Assembly (NCBI GenBank): GCA_028699255.1
Contig: JAQVUX010000002.1
Location: forward strand, 11,711-75,710
Length of the DNA stretch: 64,000 nucleotides
Source: Candidatus Omnitrophota bacterium
GTDB taxonomy: Bacteria > Omnitrophota > Gorgyraeia > 2-01-FULL-45-10
Direction of reading: 5' to 3'
Shown piece by piece: positions 31,314 to 39,681 of this stretch; within the stretch, counting starts at the first letter, position 1; each line of letters starts with the position of its first letter. The translations under genes were made by a program, and so were the position numbers. Under the pieces are notes generated by a model. The model was given only the letters and a program-made list of their open reading frames with translations. It was not told the DNA's origin and did no database searches.

Positions 31314-31335
31314 AATACAGCTATAATAGGCGCTG

Positions 31336-32724
31336 ATGAAACCAACCCCGCAGGAACGCCTTATACTTTCGTTTGCGGCCGTTTCAAATTTGTCGGCCAT
31401 CCTGACTTTTATAGCGGGATGCATCGGCATATTTATAAATACTCCCGTCGTAAGGAACGCGATCCCGGGACTCGTTACGATGAAGGTCAATACCGCATTA
31501 TGCTTTATACTCGCCGGTCTTTCATTATGGCTGATTCAGATAAGCCGCAATACCAGGACGAACAGACTGATAGCGCTATGTTGTATTTCGTTGATTGCCG
31601 TGATAGCCGGCCTTACGTTTTTTGAATATATCTCCGGTATAGATATAGGCATTGATCAATTACTGATCCATGTAAATATCCCCTCGGATTTCACCGTCAA
31701 CCCCGTTCGTATGGCATTGAGTACGGTGATAACTTTTTTTCTCGTATGTTATGCCATGTTTTTAATAATATCAAAAGAGGGCCGCGGTCATTATCTGTAC
31801 CAGGTTCCGGCAATTTTTGGTATGTTGATTGCCTCGGCCGTGTTATTGGGGTACCTTTATAACGTGCCGCTTCTTTATCATTTCCCGCGCGGGAATCCGG
31901 TGATGGCATTCCATACTTCCATAGCATTTTTTATAATGTTTCCCGGAGTTATTTTTGCCCGGCCGGATACGGGGCTGATTAGTATAGTTACACGGTATAG
32001 CGCAGGAGGTCTTGTGGCCCGGAGCCTGACGCCTATCGCTATTATCGTGCCGCCGATTTTCGGTATGGCTAAGCTATTGGCCGAAAAAAGAGGTGTCATA
32101 AACAACGAGATCGGCATATCGCTGGTGGCTACAGCCAATGCGGCAGTAATAAGCGCATTTATAATATGGTTTGCGGCTTTTATAGATAAGACGGAATTAA
32201 AGCACAAAATTTTAAGAGATAAGCAAGAGAGAGAGTCGCTTTTTTTTACGACTATATTTGATAATACGCCCAATGCCGTATATATTTACGACATGACCGG
32301 AAAATTTATCGAGGCCAATCCCGCCGCCTGCAATTTATTGGGATATGAGCACGAAGTATTGCTCAAAATGTCGGCATCGAACGTAGAATCCTCCATAAAC
32401 ACTGCCCTGATATCCGATCGAATCGCGCAAGTAAAAAAGGATGGACGCATCACTTCGGATGTTATTTATAACAAAGGCGACGGGACGATTGTCAGTCTGG
32501 AAGTGAACAGTCAAATGGTGGATTTGCGCGGTGAGCAGGTTATCATGAATATAGTGCACGATATTACGCTACGCCGGCGCATTGAAGAGGCGCTAAAAAT
32601 TAAGATCAGGGAGATGGAAATAATTAATAAGACTACCGTGGATCGTGAATTGAAGATGGTTGAATTAAAGAAAAAGATAAAAGATCTCGAAGGAGAACTA
32701 GAAAAGGAGCGGCGTCATGAATAA
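31336..32724 (+). CDS. Integral-membrane sensor with C-terminal PAS domain and coiled-coil tail (no output domain)
   Basis: About 8 TM helices. PAS block (TIFDNTPNAVYIYDMTGKFIEANPAACNLLGYEHEV...SLEVNSQMVDLRGEQV). Ends in a charged coiled coil. Starts 23 nt after the NuoB-like gene. Confidence 0.65.
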   Translation: MKPTPQERLILSFAAVSNLSAILTFIAGCIGIFINTPVVRNAIPGLVTMKVNTALCFILAGLSLWLIQISRNTRTNRLIALCCISLIAVIAGLTFFEYISGIDIGIDQLLIHVNIPSDFTVNPVRMALSTVITFFLVCYAMFLIISKEGRGHYLYQVPAIFGMLIASAVLLGYLYNVPLLYHFPRGNPVMAFHTSIAFFIMFPGVIFARPDTGLISIVTRYSAGGLVARSLTPIAIIVPPIFGMAKLLAEKRGVINNEIGISLVATANAAVISAFIIWFAAFIDKTELKHKILRDKQERESLFFTTIFDNTPNAVYIYDMTGKFIEANPAACNLLGYEHEVLLKMSASNVESSINTALISDRIAQVKKDGRITSDVIYNKGDGTIVSLEVNSQMVDLRGEQVIMNIVHDITLRRRIEEALKIKIREMEIINKTTVDRELKMVELKKKIKDLEGELEKERRHE

Positions 32725-33925
32725 GAAACCTTTAGTGGTGGTTTTAATCCTGCTTTTTGTAGTTCTTGCCGGCGTTGCTGTATTCCTATTTGCGGGAAAA
32801 TTATTCGCGCCCAGGGAAGAGGTTATATTAGATCAGACCAGTAATACATTTCTCGTAAAAGGCGATGTAAAGATAAATAAGATAAGCGCGGGAGGCGGTT
32901 GGCATAAACTTGAAGCCTCTACGGTTATCGAAAAAGGAGACGTAATAGAGACCGCCGGCGAATCGACGGCCGATATAGTTATAGGCGCCAATACAGATAA
33001 GGCGATCAAGATAGGCGAGAAGAGTATCGTGGAATTCGAAGGGATCAACCCGACGTCGCTCAATTTTTCTAAAGGCAAATTACTGGTAAACGTGAAGAGG
33101 CTGGAGCCGAAGTCCTCCTTTGTGGTGAAGACACCCACCGCTATATGCGGCGCCAGAGGCACCGGATGGATGGAGGAAGCGTCTCCGGGGATGACGAAAG
33201 TATGTGTATTCGACAACTCCGTATTCGTTCGAGAACTTAATGACGCAGGGAAACCGAAGATGGGTAAACGCATTGCCAACCAGGGCACAGAGTTGATCAT
33301 ACAAAAGGGCGTTATCATAAAAGAGGTACCGCTGGGCGAACTCGACGCGCAGGTATGGCAATCCTGGGCGAAGAATGTGGAATACTTAAGAGAAGGCAAA
33401 GTCCTGGTGAACGATTTTGACAGGAAAGAAAATTTCAACAACTTAAGCGGGCCGTTCGGATCGTGGAATGTGTTCTTCTCCGACCCCAGTCAGTATTGCA
33501 GGGATGAGTTTACGGTATTGGAGAGGGTGGGCGAAAAAGGCTACGCTTTAAAACTTACTTATGATGTCGAGACATCATTCTCAGCCTATAACGGTTTCTT
33601 TACAAACCTGATGGGCATAGACATCTCCGGCTACAAGTATCTTGTATTCTCTATAAAAGGGGATAAGATAGCCGGATTTACGACCAGCGTGAATGTTGAG
33701 CTTAAGAATATGCGCCAGACGGGCCGCGCGAAGGTTGATGGTATAACGTCGGAATGGAAACGCATAGTGTTGCCGCTAAAGGATTTTGTCGGCATAAATA
33801 CGTTTAAGGATATGAAGGAAATAGTTGTTGTATTCAGCGATATAGCCGTTACCAAAAAGGTTGGAGTTGTTTATATAGACGACATCTATTTCGCAAAATA
33901 CGATCCTGACGTTAAAGGTGAGTAA
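32717..33925 (+). CDS. Single-pass membrane protein with FecR-like domain and C-terminal beta-sandwich domain
   Basis: N-terminal TM helix. FecR-family block (KGKLLVNVKRLEPKSSFVVKTPTAICGARGTGW). ATGA overlap with the PAS gene. Confidence 0.6.
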   Translation: MNKKPLVVVLILLFVVLAGVAVFLFAGKLFAPREEVILDQTSNTFLVKGDVKINKISAGGGWHKLEASTVIEKGDVIETAGESTADIVIGANTDKAIKIGEKSIVEFEGINPTSLNFSKGKLLVNVKRLEPKSSFVVKTPTAICGARGTGWMEEASPGMTKVCVFDNSVFVRELNDAGKPKMGKRIANQGTELIIQKGVIIKEVPLGELDAQVWQSWAKNVEYLREGKVLVNDFDRKENFNNLSGPFGSWNVFFSDPSQYCRDEFTVLERVGEKGYALKLTYDVETSFSAYNGFFTNLMGIDISGYKYLVFSIKGDKIAGFTTSVNVELKNMRQTGRAKVDGITSEWKRIVLPLKDFVGINTFKDMKEIVVVFSDIAVTKKVGVVYIDDIYFAKYDPDVKGE

Positions 33926-34332
33926 TGGATAGTTGCGCGGGAACCATAAAGGTTCCGAGCCGGACAAGTTCGATAAAGAAAGTTTCATCCGGGATACTTG
34001 AACAACTTTTGCCGTACAAAGTGAGCGAAGAGCGGCTCTTTGATATAACATTATGTATCGAGGAGGCGGTCAGAAACGCCATTATTCACGGCAATCGTTC
34101 CGACCTAAAATTGCAAGTGAAGGTTGATTACAGCATAGACGGTGATAATATCGCTGTGGAAGTAGAGGACGAGGGCGCCGGTTTTCAGCCGGCACGCGTT
34201 CCGGATCCTACCGAAGAATGCAATATAACTAAAGAGTCCGGCCGTGGACTGCATCTCATCGTGCGGCTTATGGACCGGGTGGAGTTTAATAAAAGAGGTA
34301 ACAGGATCAGGATGGAAAAGTCGTTGAGGTAA
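33925..34332 (+). CDS. RsbW/SpoIIAB-type anti-sigma-factor serine kinase (GHKL ATPase)
   Basis: N-box EEAVRNAIIHGN, G1 box VEDEGAGF, G2 box SGRGLHLI. 135 aa. Start overlaps the FecR-like gene stop. Confidence 0.75.
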   Translation: MDSCAGTIKVPSRTSSIKKVSSGILEQLLPYKVSEERLFDITLCIEEAVRNAIIHGNRSDLKLQVKVDYSIDGDNIAVEVEDEGAGFQPARVPDPTEECNITKESGRGLHLIVRLMDRVEFNKRGNRIRMEKSLR

Positions 34333-34342
34333 TCGCGTAGTG

Positions 34343-34505
34343 TAGGAGATAACCGTAGGAGATAACCGCGTAGGTTATTTGAGTTAAATGACTGGCCAAC
34401 CTACGCGGTTGGCGTGTAGCAGATAACCGCGTAGGTTATCTGAGTTAAATGACTGGCCAACCTACGCGGTTGACAGAGTAATTGGCCAACCTGTGCGGTT
34501 GGCGG
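34343..34505 (+). repeat. Tandem 60-nt repeat (about 2.5 copies) carrying a 13-bp inverted repeat AACCGCGTAGGTT...AACCTACGCGGTT around a TGGCCA core
   Basis: Units are 34362-34411 and 34422-34472, with a partial third unit to ~34505. A single copy recurs at 58634-58692. Confidence 0.8.
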
Positions 34506-34517
34506 AGGAGAGGTAAG

Positions 34518-34850
34518 ATGGCGGTAAAAACGGAGACAAGAGGCGAGTTGACGATCTGTTACATAGACGGCGAGATAGATATAGTGCGCAGTCCGGAGAT
34601 GAAGAAGATTTTTGATAAACTCACCGGGAAGAAGACGCCGAAGATAGTGATAGAGTTGTCGAAGGTTACGTATGTCGATTCATCGGGGCTTGCTACGCTC
34701 GTCGGTATATTGAAGAATATGCGTTCTTACGGCGGGAAGATGCGGCTTGCCGCGATGTCGCCGAAAATAAAGAGCCTCTTCGAGATAACTAAATTGGATA
34801 AGCTATTCGAGATAATGGCCAGCGAAGAAGAAGCCGTTGCGGGGTTATAG
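34518..34850 (+). CDS. STAS-domain protein (anti-sigma-factor antagonist / MlaB-like) with conserved phosphorylatable Ser motif
   Basis: SpoIIAA-like fold with the motif VTYVDSSGLATLVGIL. GGAGGAGAGG RBS. Stop overlaps the mlaE start. Confidence 0.8.
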   Translation: MAVKTETRGELTICYIDGEIDIVRSPEMKKIFDKLTGKKTPKIVIELSKVTYVDSSGLATLVGILKNMRSYGGKMRLAAMSPKIKSLFEITKLDKLFEIMASEEEAVAGL

Positions 34851-34851
34851 G

Positions 34852-35598
34852 ATGGGTTATAATACTCTGGCGCTTTTTTTCGACACCATATACTGGCTGA
34901 TCGTCGGTCCGCTGAAGAATAAATTTGTAAAAGCGGACAGTATCTTCAGCCAGATGGTATTCGCCGGTGTCGGCTCGCTTATGATAACGTCTTTCGTCGC
35001 ATTCTTCACAGGCATAGTCATAGCGATGCAGTCGGCTTATCAGCTCGCGAGGTTTGGCGCTAATATCTATGTCGCTCCGATGGTCGCGGTGGCTCTGGCA
35101 AGGGAACTTGCGCCGGTACTGACGGCACTTGTGGTTACAGGGCGCGTTGGCGCGGCAATAGCGGCGGAACTCGGCACGATGAAGGTTACCGAGCAGATAG
35201 AGGCGCTCGAGACGATGGCCTTGAATCCTGTCCGGTTTCTCGTCGTTCCGCGGTTTCTTGCGCTTCTGATTATGCTCCCATGCCTTACCGTTCTGGCGGA
35301 TATCATCGGCATATTCGGCGGCTTTCTGGTGGGTGTATTTAATCTTCATCTCGATCCTTACAGGTACATAACATTCTCATTCAAATATATGCAATGGAAA
35401 GACGTTTGGACAGGGCTTGTCAAAAGCGTTGTATTTGCGATAACGATAGCGATGGTTGGATGTCATACGGGATTAAAAACTAAGGGCGGCGCCGAAGGTG
35501 TCGGCAAAGCGACGACCATGAGCGTAGTGACAAGTTTTATACTTATAATACTTTTTGACTGCATATTGACAGGGCTATTCTATTTTACGCAAAAATAA
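34852..35598 (+). CDS. mlaE: MlaE-family ABC transporter permease
   Basis: Five TM segments. MlaE/YrbE conserved block (ELGTMKVTEQIEALETMALNPVRFLVVPRFLA). Confidence 0.8.
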   Translation: MGYNTLALFFDTIYWLIVGPLKNKFVKADSIFSQMVFAGVGSLMITSFVAFFTGIVIAMQSAYQLARFGANIYVAPMVAVALARELAPVLTALVVTGRVGAAIAAELGTMKVTEQIEALETMALNPVRFLVVPRFLALLIMLPCLTVLADIIGIFGGFLVGVFNLHLDPYRYITFSFKYMQWKDVWTGLVKSVVFAITIAMVGCHTGLKTKGGAEGVGKATTMSVVTSFILIILFDCILTGLFYFTQK

Positions 35599-35601
35599 TA
35601 T

Positions 35602-36399
35602 ATGGAAAAAGAGATAGTAATAAAAGCAGAAAATGTGGTAAAGAAATTCGGCGACAGAACCGTTCTAAGCGGCGTAAGTCTCGAAGTATATAAAGGCGAG
35701 ACCTTTGTTATAATGGGCGGCTCCGGTTGCGGCAAGAGCACGTTCCTGCGCCACCTGATAGGAGCGCTAAAACCCGATTCCGGCAAGGTCTATCTCTTGG
35801 GTAAAGATTTGAGTATTTTAAAAGAAGACGATCTGGACGGCGTAAAGAAGAAGATAGGGATGTCGTTCCAGTCATCGGCCCTTTTCGATTCGATGACGGT
35901 TGGAGAAAATGTCGCGTTGCCGCTTAAAGAACACGCGAAGATAGAGCAGAGCGTTATAGATATAGTGGTAAAGATGAAACTCGAGCTTGTCGGGCTCAGA
36001 GGCTTCGAAGATCTTATGCCGAGCCAGATATCAGGCGGCATGCGAAAACGGGTGGGCCTTGCCCGGGCGATAGTGATGGATCCGGAGATAGTATTTTACG
36101 ACGAGCCGACGGCGGGACTGGATCCGATAGTGGCAGGCGTGATAGATAAGCTTATACTGGATCTATCGCAGAAGCTTTCCATTACGAGCGTTGTCGTTAC
36201 CCATGACATGAAGAGCGTATTTTCCATAGCGAGCAGAGTTGCCATGTTGTACGAAGGTAGGGTTCTCGAAGTGGGTACGCCGGATGAGATACGCGGGAGT
36301 AAAAATCAGATGGTCCAACAGTTCGTCGCGGGCAGTCCGGACGGCCCGATAAAATTTTTCCAGCAGAAAGACGATTATTTAGAGCAGTTGATGAAATAA
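35602..36399 (+). CDS. mlaF: MlaF-family ABC transporter ATP-binding protein
   Basis: Walker A GGSGCGKST, signature LSGGMRKRV, Walker B IVFYDEP. Confidence 0.85.
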   Translation: MEKEIVIKAENVVKKFGDRTVLSGVSLEVYKGETFVIMGGSGCGKSTFLRHLIGALKPDSGKVYLLGKDLSILKEDDLDGVKKKIGMSFQSSALFDSMTVGENVALPLKEHAKIEQSVIDIVVKMKLELVGLRGFEDLMPSQISGGMRKRVGLARAIVMDPEIVFYDEPTAGLDPIVAGVIDKLILDLSQKLSITSVVVTHDMKSVFSIASRVAMLYEGRVLEVGTPDEIRGSKNQMVQQFVAGSPDGPIKFFQQKDDYLEQLMK

Positions 36400-36417
36400 G
36401 GCCAAAGGAGATGAAAC

Positions 36418-37035
36418 GTGAAGATAACCAATGAGATAAAAACAGCCGTTGTTGTGATATCCGCGATAGCTGTAGGTGTGATATTTTGGGCCAAGACGAC
36501 GGATTTTAAAACCAAACCGTATCGCATCAAAACATATTTTAACTATGCCGAGGGAGTTAAGTCCGATTCGATAGTAAAACTCTCCGGTATAGATGTGGGC
36601 AGGGTGGAGAAGATAACTTTTCAGTATCTGCCTGAGACCAAGATAGAGCTGGTGCTCACAATAAACGATATCGCTAAATTCCATGAGGACTCGGTTGCCT
36701 TCATATCGACGTCCGGCATGATAGGCGACGCCTATGTAGGCATAACGCCGGGCTCGCCCGACAAGCCTTTCGCAAAAGACGGTTCTACGCTCGCGAGCGA
36801 AGACCCTGTCGAGATGAGAAAACTGATGAAGAAGGCGGATGCGATATCCGAGAACCTCGACAAGACGCTCGCGGAAGTGAAGACGCTTGCCTCAAACGTC
36901 AATAACGTTGTTTCCGATAATAAAGCCAGGATTGATGGCATAGCGTCAAACCTGGAGGCGACGAGTGTCAATTTTAAGGAATTCAGCGAGGATATTAAGC
37001 ATCATCCATGGAAACTGCTGATGAAGGGAAAATGA
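36418..37035 (+). CDS. mlaD: MlaD-family MCE-domain protein
   Basis: N-terminal TM helix plus MCE domain (KLSGIDVGRVEKITF). Probable GTG start after an AAGGAGATG RBS. Confidence 0.8.
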   Translation: MKITNEIKTAVVVISAIAVGVIFWAKTTDFKTKPYRIKTYFNYAEGVKSDSIVKLSGIDVGRVEKITFQYLPETKIELVLTINDIAKFHEDSVAFISTSGMIGDAYVGITPGSPDKPFAKDGSTLASEDPVEMRKLMKKADAISENLDKTLAEVKTLASNVNNVVSDNKARIDGIASNLEATSVNFKEFSEDIKHHPWKLLMKGK

Positions 37036-38900
37036 CCTACAGTCCTATCAAAAATCCTTTACTCTATTTTGTTCCCATCCTGATCCTGGCTGTATCCGCG
37101 GGTTCATATTTTCGTGCCTTCGACGCCCAGGAGCTGCAAGCCCTCGATCTAAGGTTTGCTTTTCGTCCACCGTCGGGGGTTTCGGATAATATCGCGGTTA
37201 TCGAGATGGGGGACGATACTCTAAAGAAATTGGGCGATTGGCCGATCGGGCGGAATTATCACGCGCTTCTCATAAGGGCCCTTTCAGCGGCCGGCGCGCG
37301 CGCGATAGTATTCGATATATTTTTCAGCGAACCTCGTGAATATGACGAAGACCTGGAAAACGCCATGAAGGACGCGGGAAACGTATACCTGCCGTTTGTC
37401 TTCGACATTCAATCAAAAAAAACGAAAGATTGTCTCACGGCTTCAGGTATTATAGCCGGAAACCTGAACGAATTAAGTTTATCGGCAAAAGGGGAAGGGT
37501 ATATAAATGTTCCGCCCGATAATGACGGAAAATTCAGAATGGCGCCGCTTCTTATAGAATATGACGGGGCGAGACGCCCCTCCATGGCCCTGCGCGTCGC
37601 ATCCGATTATCCCGGTTTTCCCGGGATAGAGGCAGTGCCGCTCGACGAATATTCCAATATCGTGATAAACTTTTCCGGGAAATGGAAGCGGGCATTTCAT
37701 CATTACTCTTACGTTGATGTGTTGCAGTCGTATATGGCATCCGATCGGGGCGACGCTCCGATCCTTGATATGAAAGCTTTTAAGGATAAGATATGCATAA
37801 TAGGCTTGACTGCCACAGGTACGGTAGATCTGCACCCCACCCCTCTCGAGCCGCTCTATCCAACGATGGGTGTCCATGCCGAAGTGATCGATTCCATAAT
37901 TAACAAAAGATTCATAACGCGGATCGGAAGATGGCCGAACTTAGCGGTACTGATGTTCCTGGCGGCGTTTCAATCTCTGATAGCGTTAAAAATGAAACCT
38001 GTTGCCGGATTTTTAATGCTTGCGGTCGAATCGTTGTTTTTCTCCGGCGTCGCTATTTTGCTTTTCAATCTCTACGGGCTATGGATCGATCTGTTTTACC
38101 CATTGGCCGTTTTAGTAGCCGCATACCTTTTTTTTACTTTGTGTAAATACGCCGCGGAATGGAAGAGGCGTCTTATTCTTGAGAGCGAACTCGATATCGC
38201 TAAAAAGATACAGGAGAGTTTTTTGCCGAAGAGCGTACCGAGCATGGATGGGGTAGAAATAGCCGCAGGTATGGTTACGGCAAAGCAGGTTGGCGGAGAC
38301 CTGTATGATTTTGTCGATATGGGCGCCGGCAGGATAGGCATAATGATAGGGGATGTCTCCGGCAAAGGCGTGCCTGCGAGTCTTTTCATGGCGCTGTCCG
38401 CAGGCGCGTTCAGATCGTCGGCAGAGTCAGCCCCGTCGCCGGATAAAGTTTTGTCCTCACTCAATATGAAGCTTCTCAAAGAGTCCTCGTCGGGACTATT
38501 CCTGACGTCTTTCTACGCCATACTGGACGTATCCGGCAAAGAACTTGTTTACGCGAACGGTGGGCATTTACCGGCGATCCTTTTACATGAAGGTGAGAAA
38601 GCGAAATTCTTAGATACCGACGGCGGTACGCCTCTCGGCTTATTTGAAGGAAATTATCCCGCCGCGCGCGCGTCCATAGCGAAAGGTGATATAATAATAT
38701 TCTATACGGATGGCGTTACCGAGGCGATGAATGTCCGCCGCGAAATGTATGGTACCGAGCGATTGCTGAGTGTTTCCGGAAAGAACCGGATGTCCTCATC
38801 GGAAAAATTGATAGAGGCGATAAAAAAAGATGTAAAAAAATTCGAAGGCAGAGCCGGTCAGCATGACGACCTTACGATCATAGTTGTAAAAATAATATAA
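37032..38900 (+). CDS. CHASE2-sensor, multi-TM, PP2C/SpoIIE-family serine phosphatase (RsbU-like)
   Basis: N-terminal CHASE2 domain (DNIAVIEMGDDTLKKLGDWPIGRNYHA), then 3 TM helices, then a PP2C domain (GGDLYDFVD..., IGDVSGKGVPASLFMA, FYTDGVTEA). ATGA overlap with mlaD. Confidence 0.8.
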   Translation: MTYSPIKNPLLYFVPILILAVSAGSYFRAFDAQELQALDLRFAFRPPSGVSDNIAVIEMGDDTLKKLGDWPIGRNYHALLIRALSAAGARAIVFDIFFSEPREYDEDLENAMKDAGNVYLPFVFDIQSKKTKDCLTASGIIAGNLNELSLSAKGEGYINVPPDNDGKFRMAPLLIEYDGARRPSMALRVASDYPGFPGIEAVPLDEYSNIVINFSGKWKRAFHHYSYVDVLQSYMASDRGDAPILDMKAFKDKICIIGLTATGTVDLHPTPLEPLYPTMGVHAEVIDSIINKRFITRIGRWPNLAVLMFLAAFQSLIALKMKPVAGFLMLAVESLFFSGVAILLFNLYGLWIDLFYPLAVLVAAYLFFTLCKYAAEWKRRLILESELDIAKKIQESFLPKSVPSMDGVEIAAGMVTAKQVGGDLYDFVDMGAGRIGIMIGDVSGKGVPASLFMALSAGAFRSSAESAPSPDKVLSSLNMKLLKESSSGLFLTSFYAILDVSGKELVYANGGHLPAILLHEGEKAKFLDTDGGTPLGLFEGNYPAARASIAKGDIIIFYTDGVTEAMNVRREMYGTERLLSVSGKNRMSSSEKLIEAIKKDVKKFEGRAGQHDDLTIIVVKII

Positions 38901-38916
38901 AAACGGGAGGATTAAA

Positions 38917-39612
38917 ATGAAAAGATGCGTGTTTTTTTTGATTATAGCTATGGCCGTAAGCATTGTGTTTATGCCTGCGCATGTGTTTGCCGAAAATAAA
39001 TGGACGGCGCTCGTTGAGGAATCGGGTAAGGTGCTATCCGAGGTCCAGGAGATGCCGGATGATTCGATACCATCGGAACTTTTATCAAAATGTTCGGCTA
39101 TAGCGATATTTCCATCTACGATCTCGGCGGGTTTTGGTATCGGCGGGCAGTATGGGCAGGGTATTATAATGGTCAGGGATACGGCGAGCGGCAAGTGGTC
39201 GTCGCCGGCTATATTTACAATAGCGGGTGGATCTATAGGATTGCAGATAGGCGGGCAGGCGACGGATTACGTGCTTCTTATCATGAACAGGCGAAGCGTG
39301 GATGGCATCCTGCAGGGCAAATTCAAACTTGGCGTGGACGCGGACGTAGCCGCGGGGCCGGTGGGCAGGGCCGCGGAAGCCTCGACCGACATTCAGCTTA
39401 AGGGCGGCATTCTTTCATATTCACGTAGCAGGGGATTGTTTGCCGGCGCAAAACTGGGCGGATCCGTTATCGTACAGCACTGGGAGGGCGATGACGAGCT
39501 TTATGGGAAAAAGCTATCCGCCCGAGAAATATTACTCGAGAATAAGACCAAAATGCCGAAATCCGCGGACAAGATTCTTAATGTCCTGAATAAATATCCG
39601 TACGTTAAGTAA
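38917..39612 (+). CDS. Secreted SYLF (Ysc84/DUF500) lipid-binding domain protein
   Basis: Signal peptide. SYLF-type Gly-rich beta blocks (AIFPSTISAGFGIGGQYGQGI, GGSIGLQIGGQATDYVLL). Confidence 0.65.
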   Translation: MKRCVFFLIIAMAVSIVFMPAHVFAENKWTALVEESGKVLSEVQEMPDDSIPSELLSKCSAIAIFPSTISAGFGIGGQYGQGIIMVRDTASGKWSSPAIFTIAGGSIGLQIGGQATDYVLLIMNRRSVDGILQGKFKLGVDADVAAGPVGRAAEASTDIQLKGGILSYSRSRGLFAGAKLGGSVIVQHWEGDDELYGKKLSAREILLENKTKMPKSADKILNVLNKYPYVK

Positions 39613-39681
39613 GAGTCGTTTGAAAAATACGATTTTAGTGTATACTATTATTTCTGTCGAGGGATTAAAACAGGCGGTAAA

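Noticed and set aside
34469-34517. TTGACA at 34470-34475 inside the last repeat unit as a -35 for the STAS-mla operon
   Set aside because: No acceptable -10 hexamer 16-19 nt downstream. Cannot support a promoter call from sequence alone.
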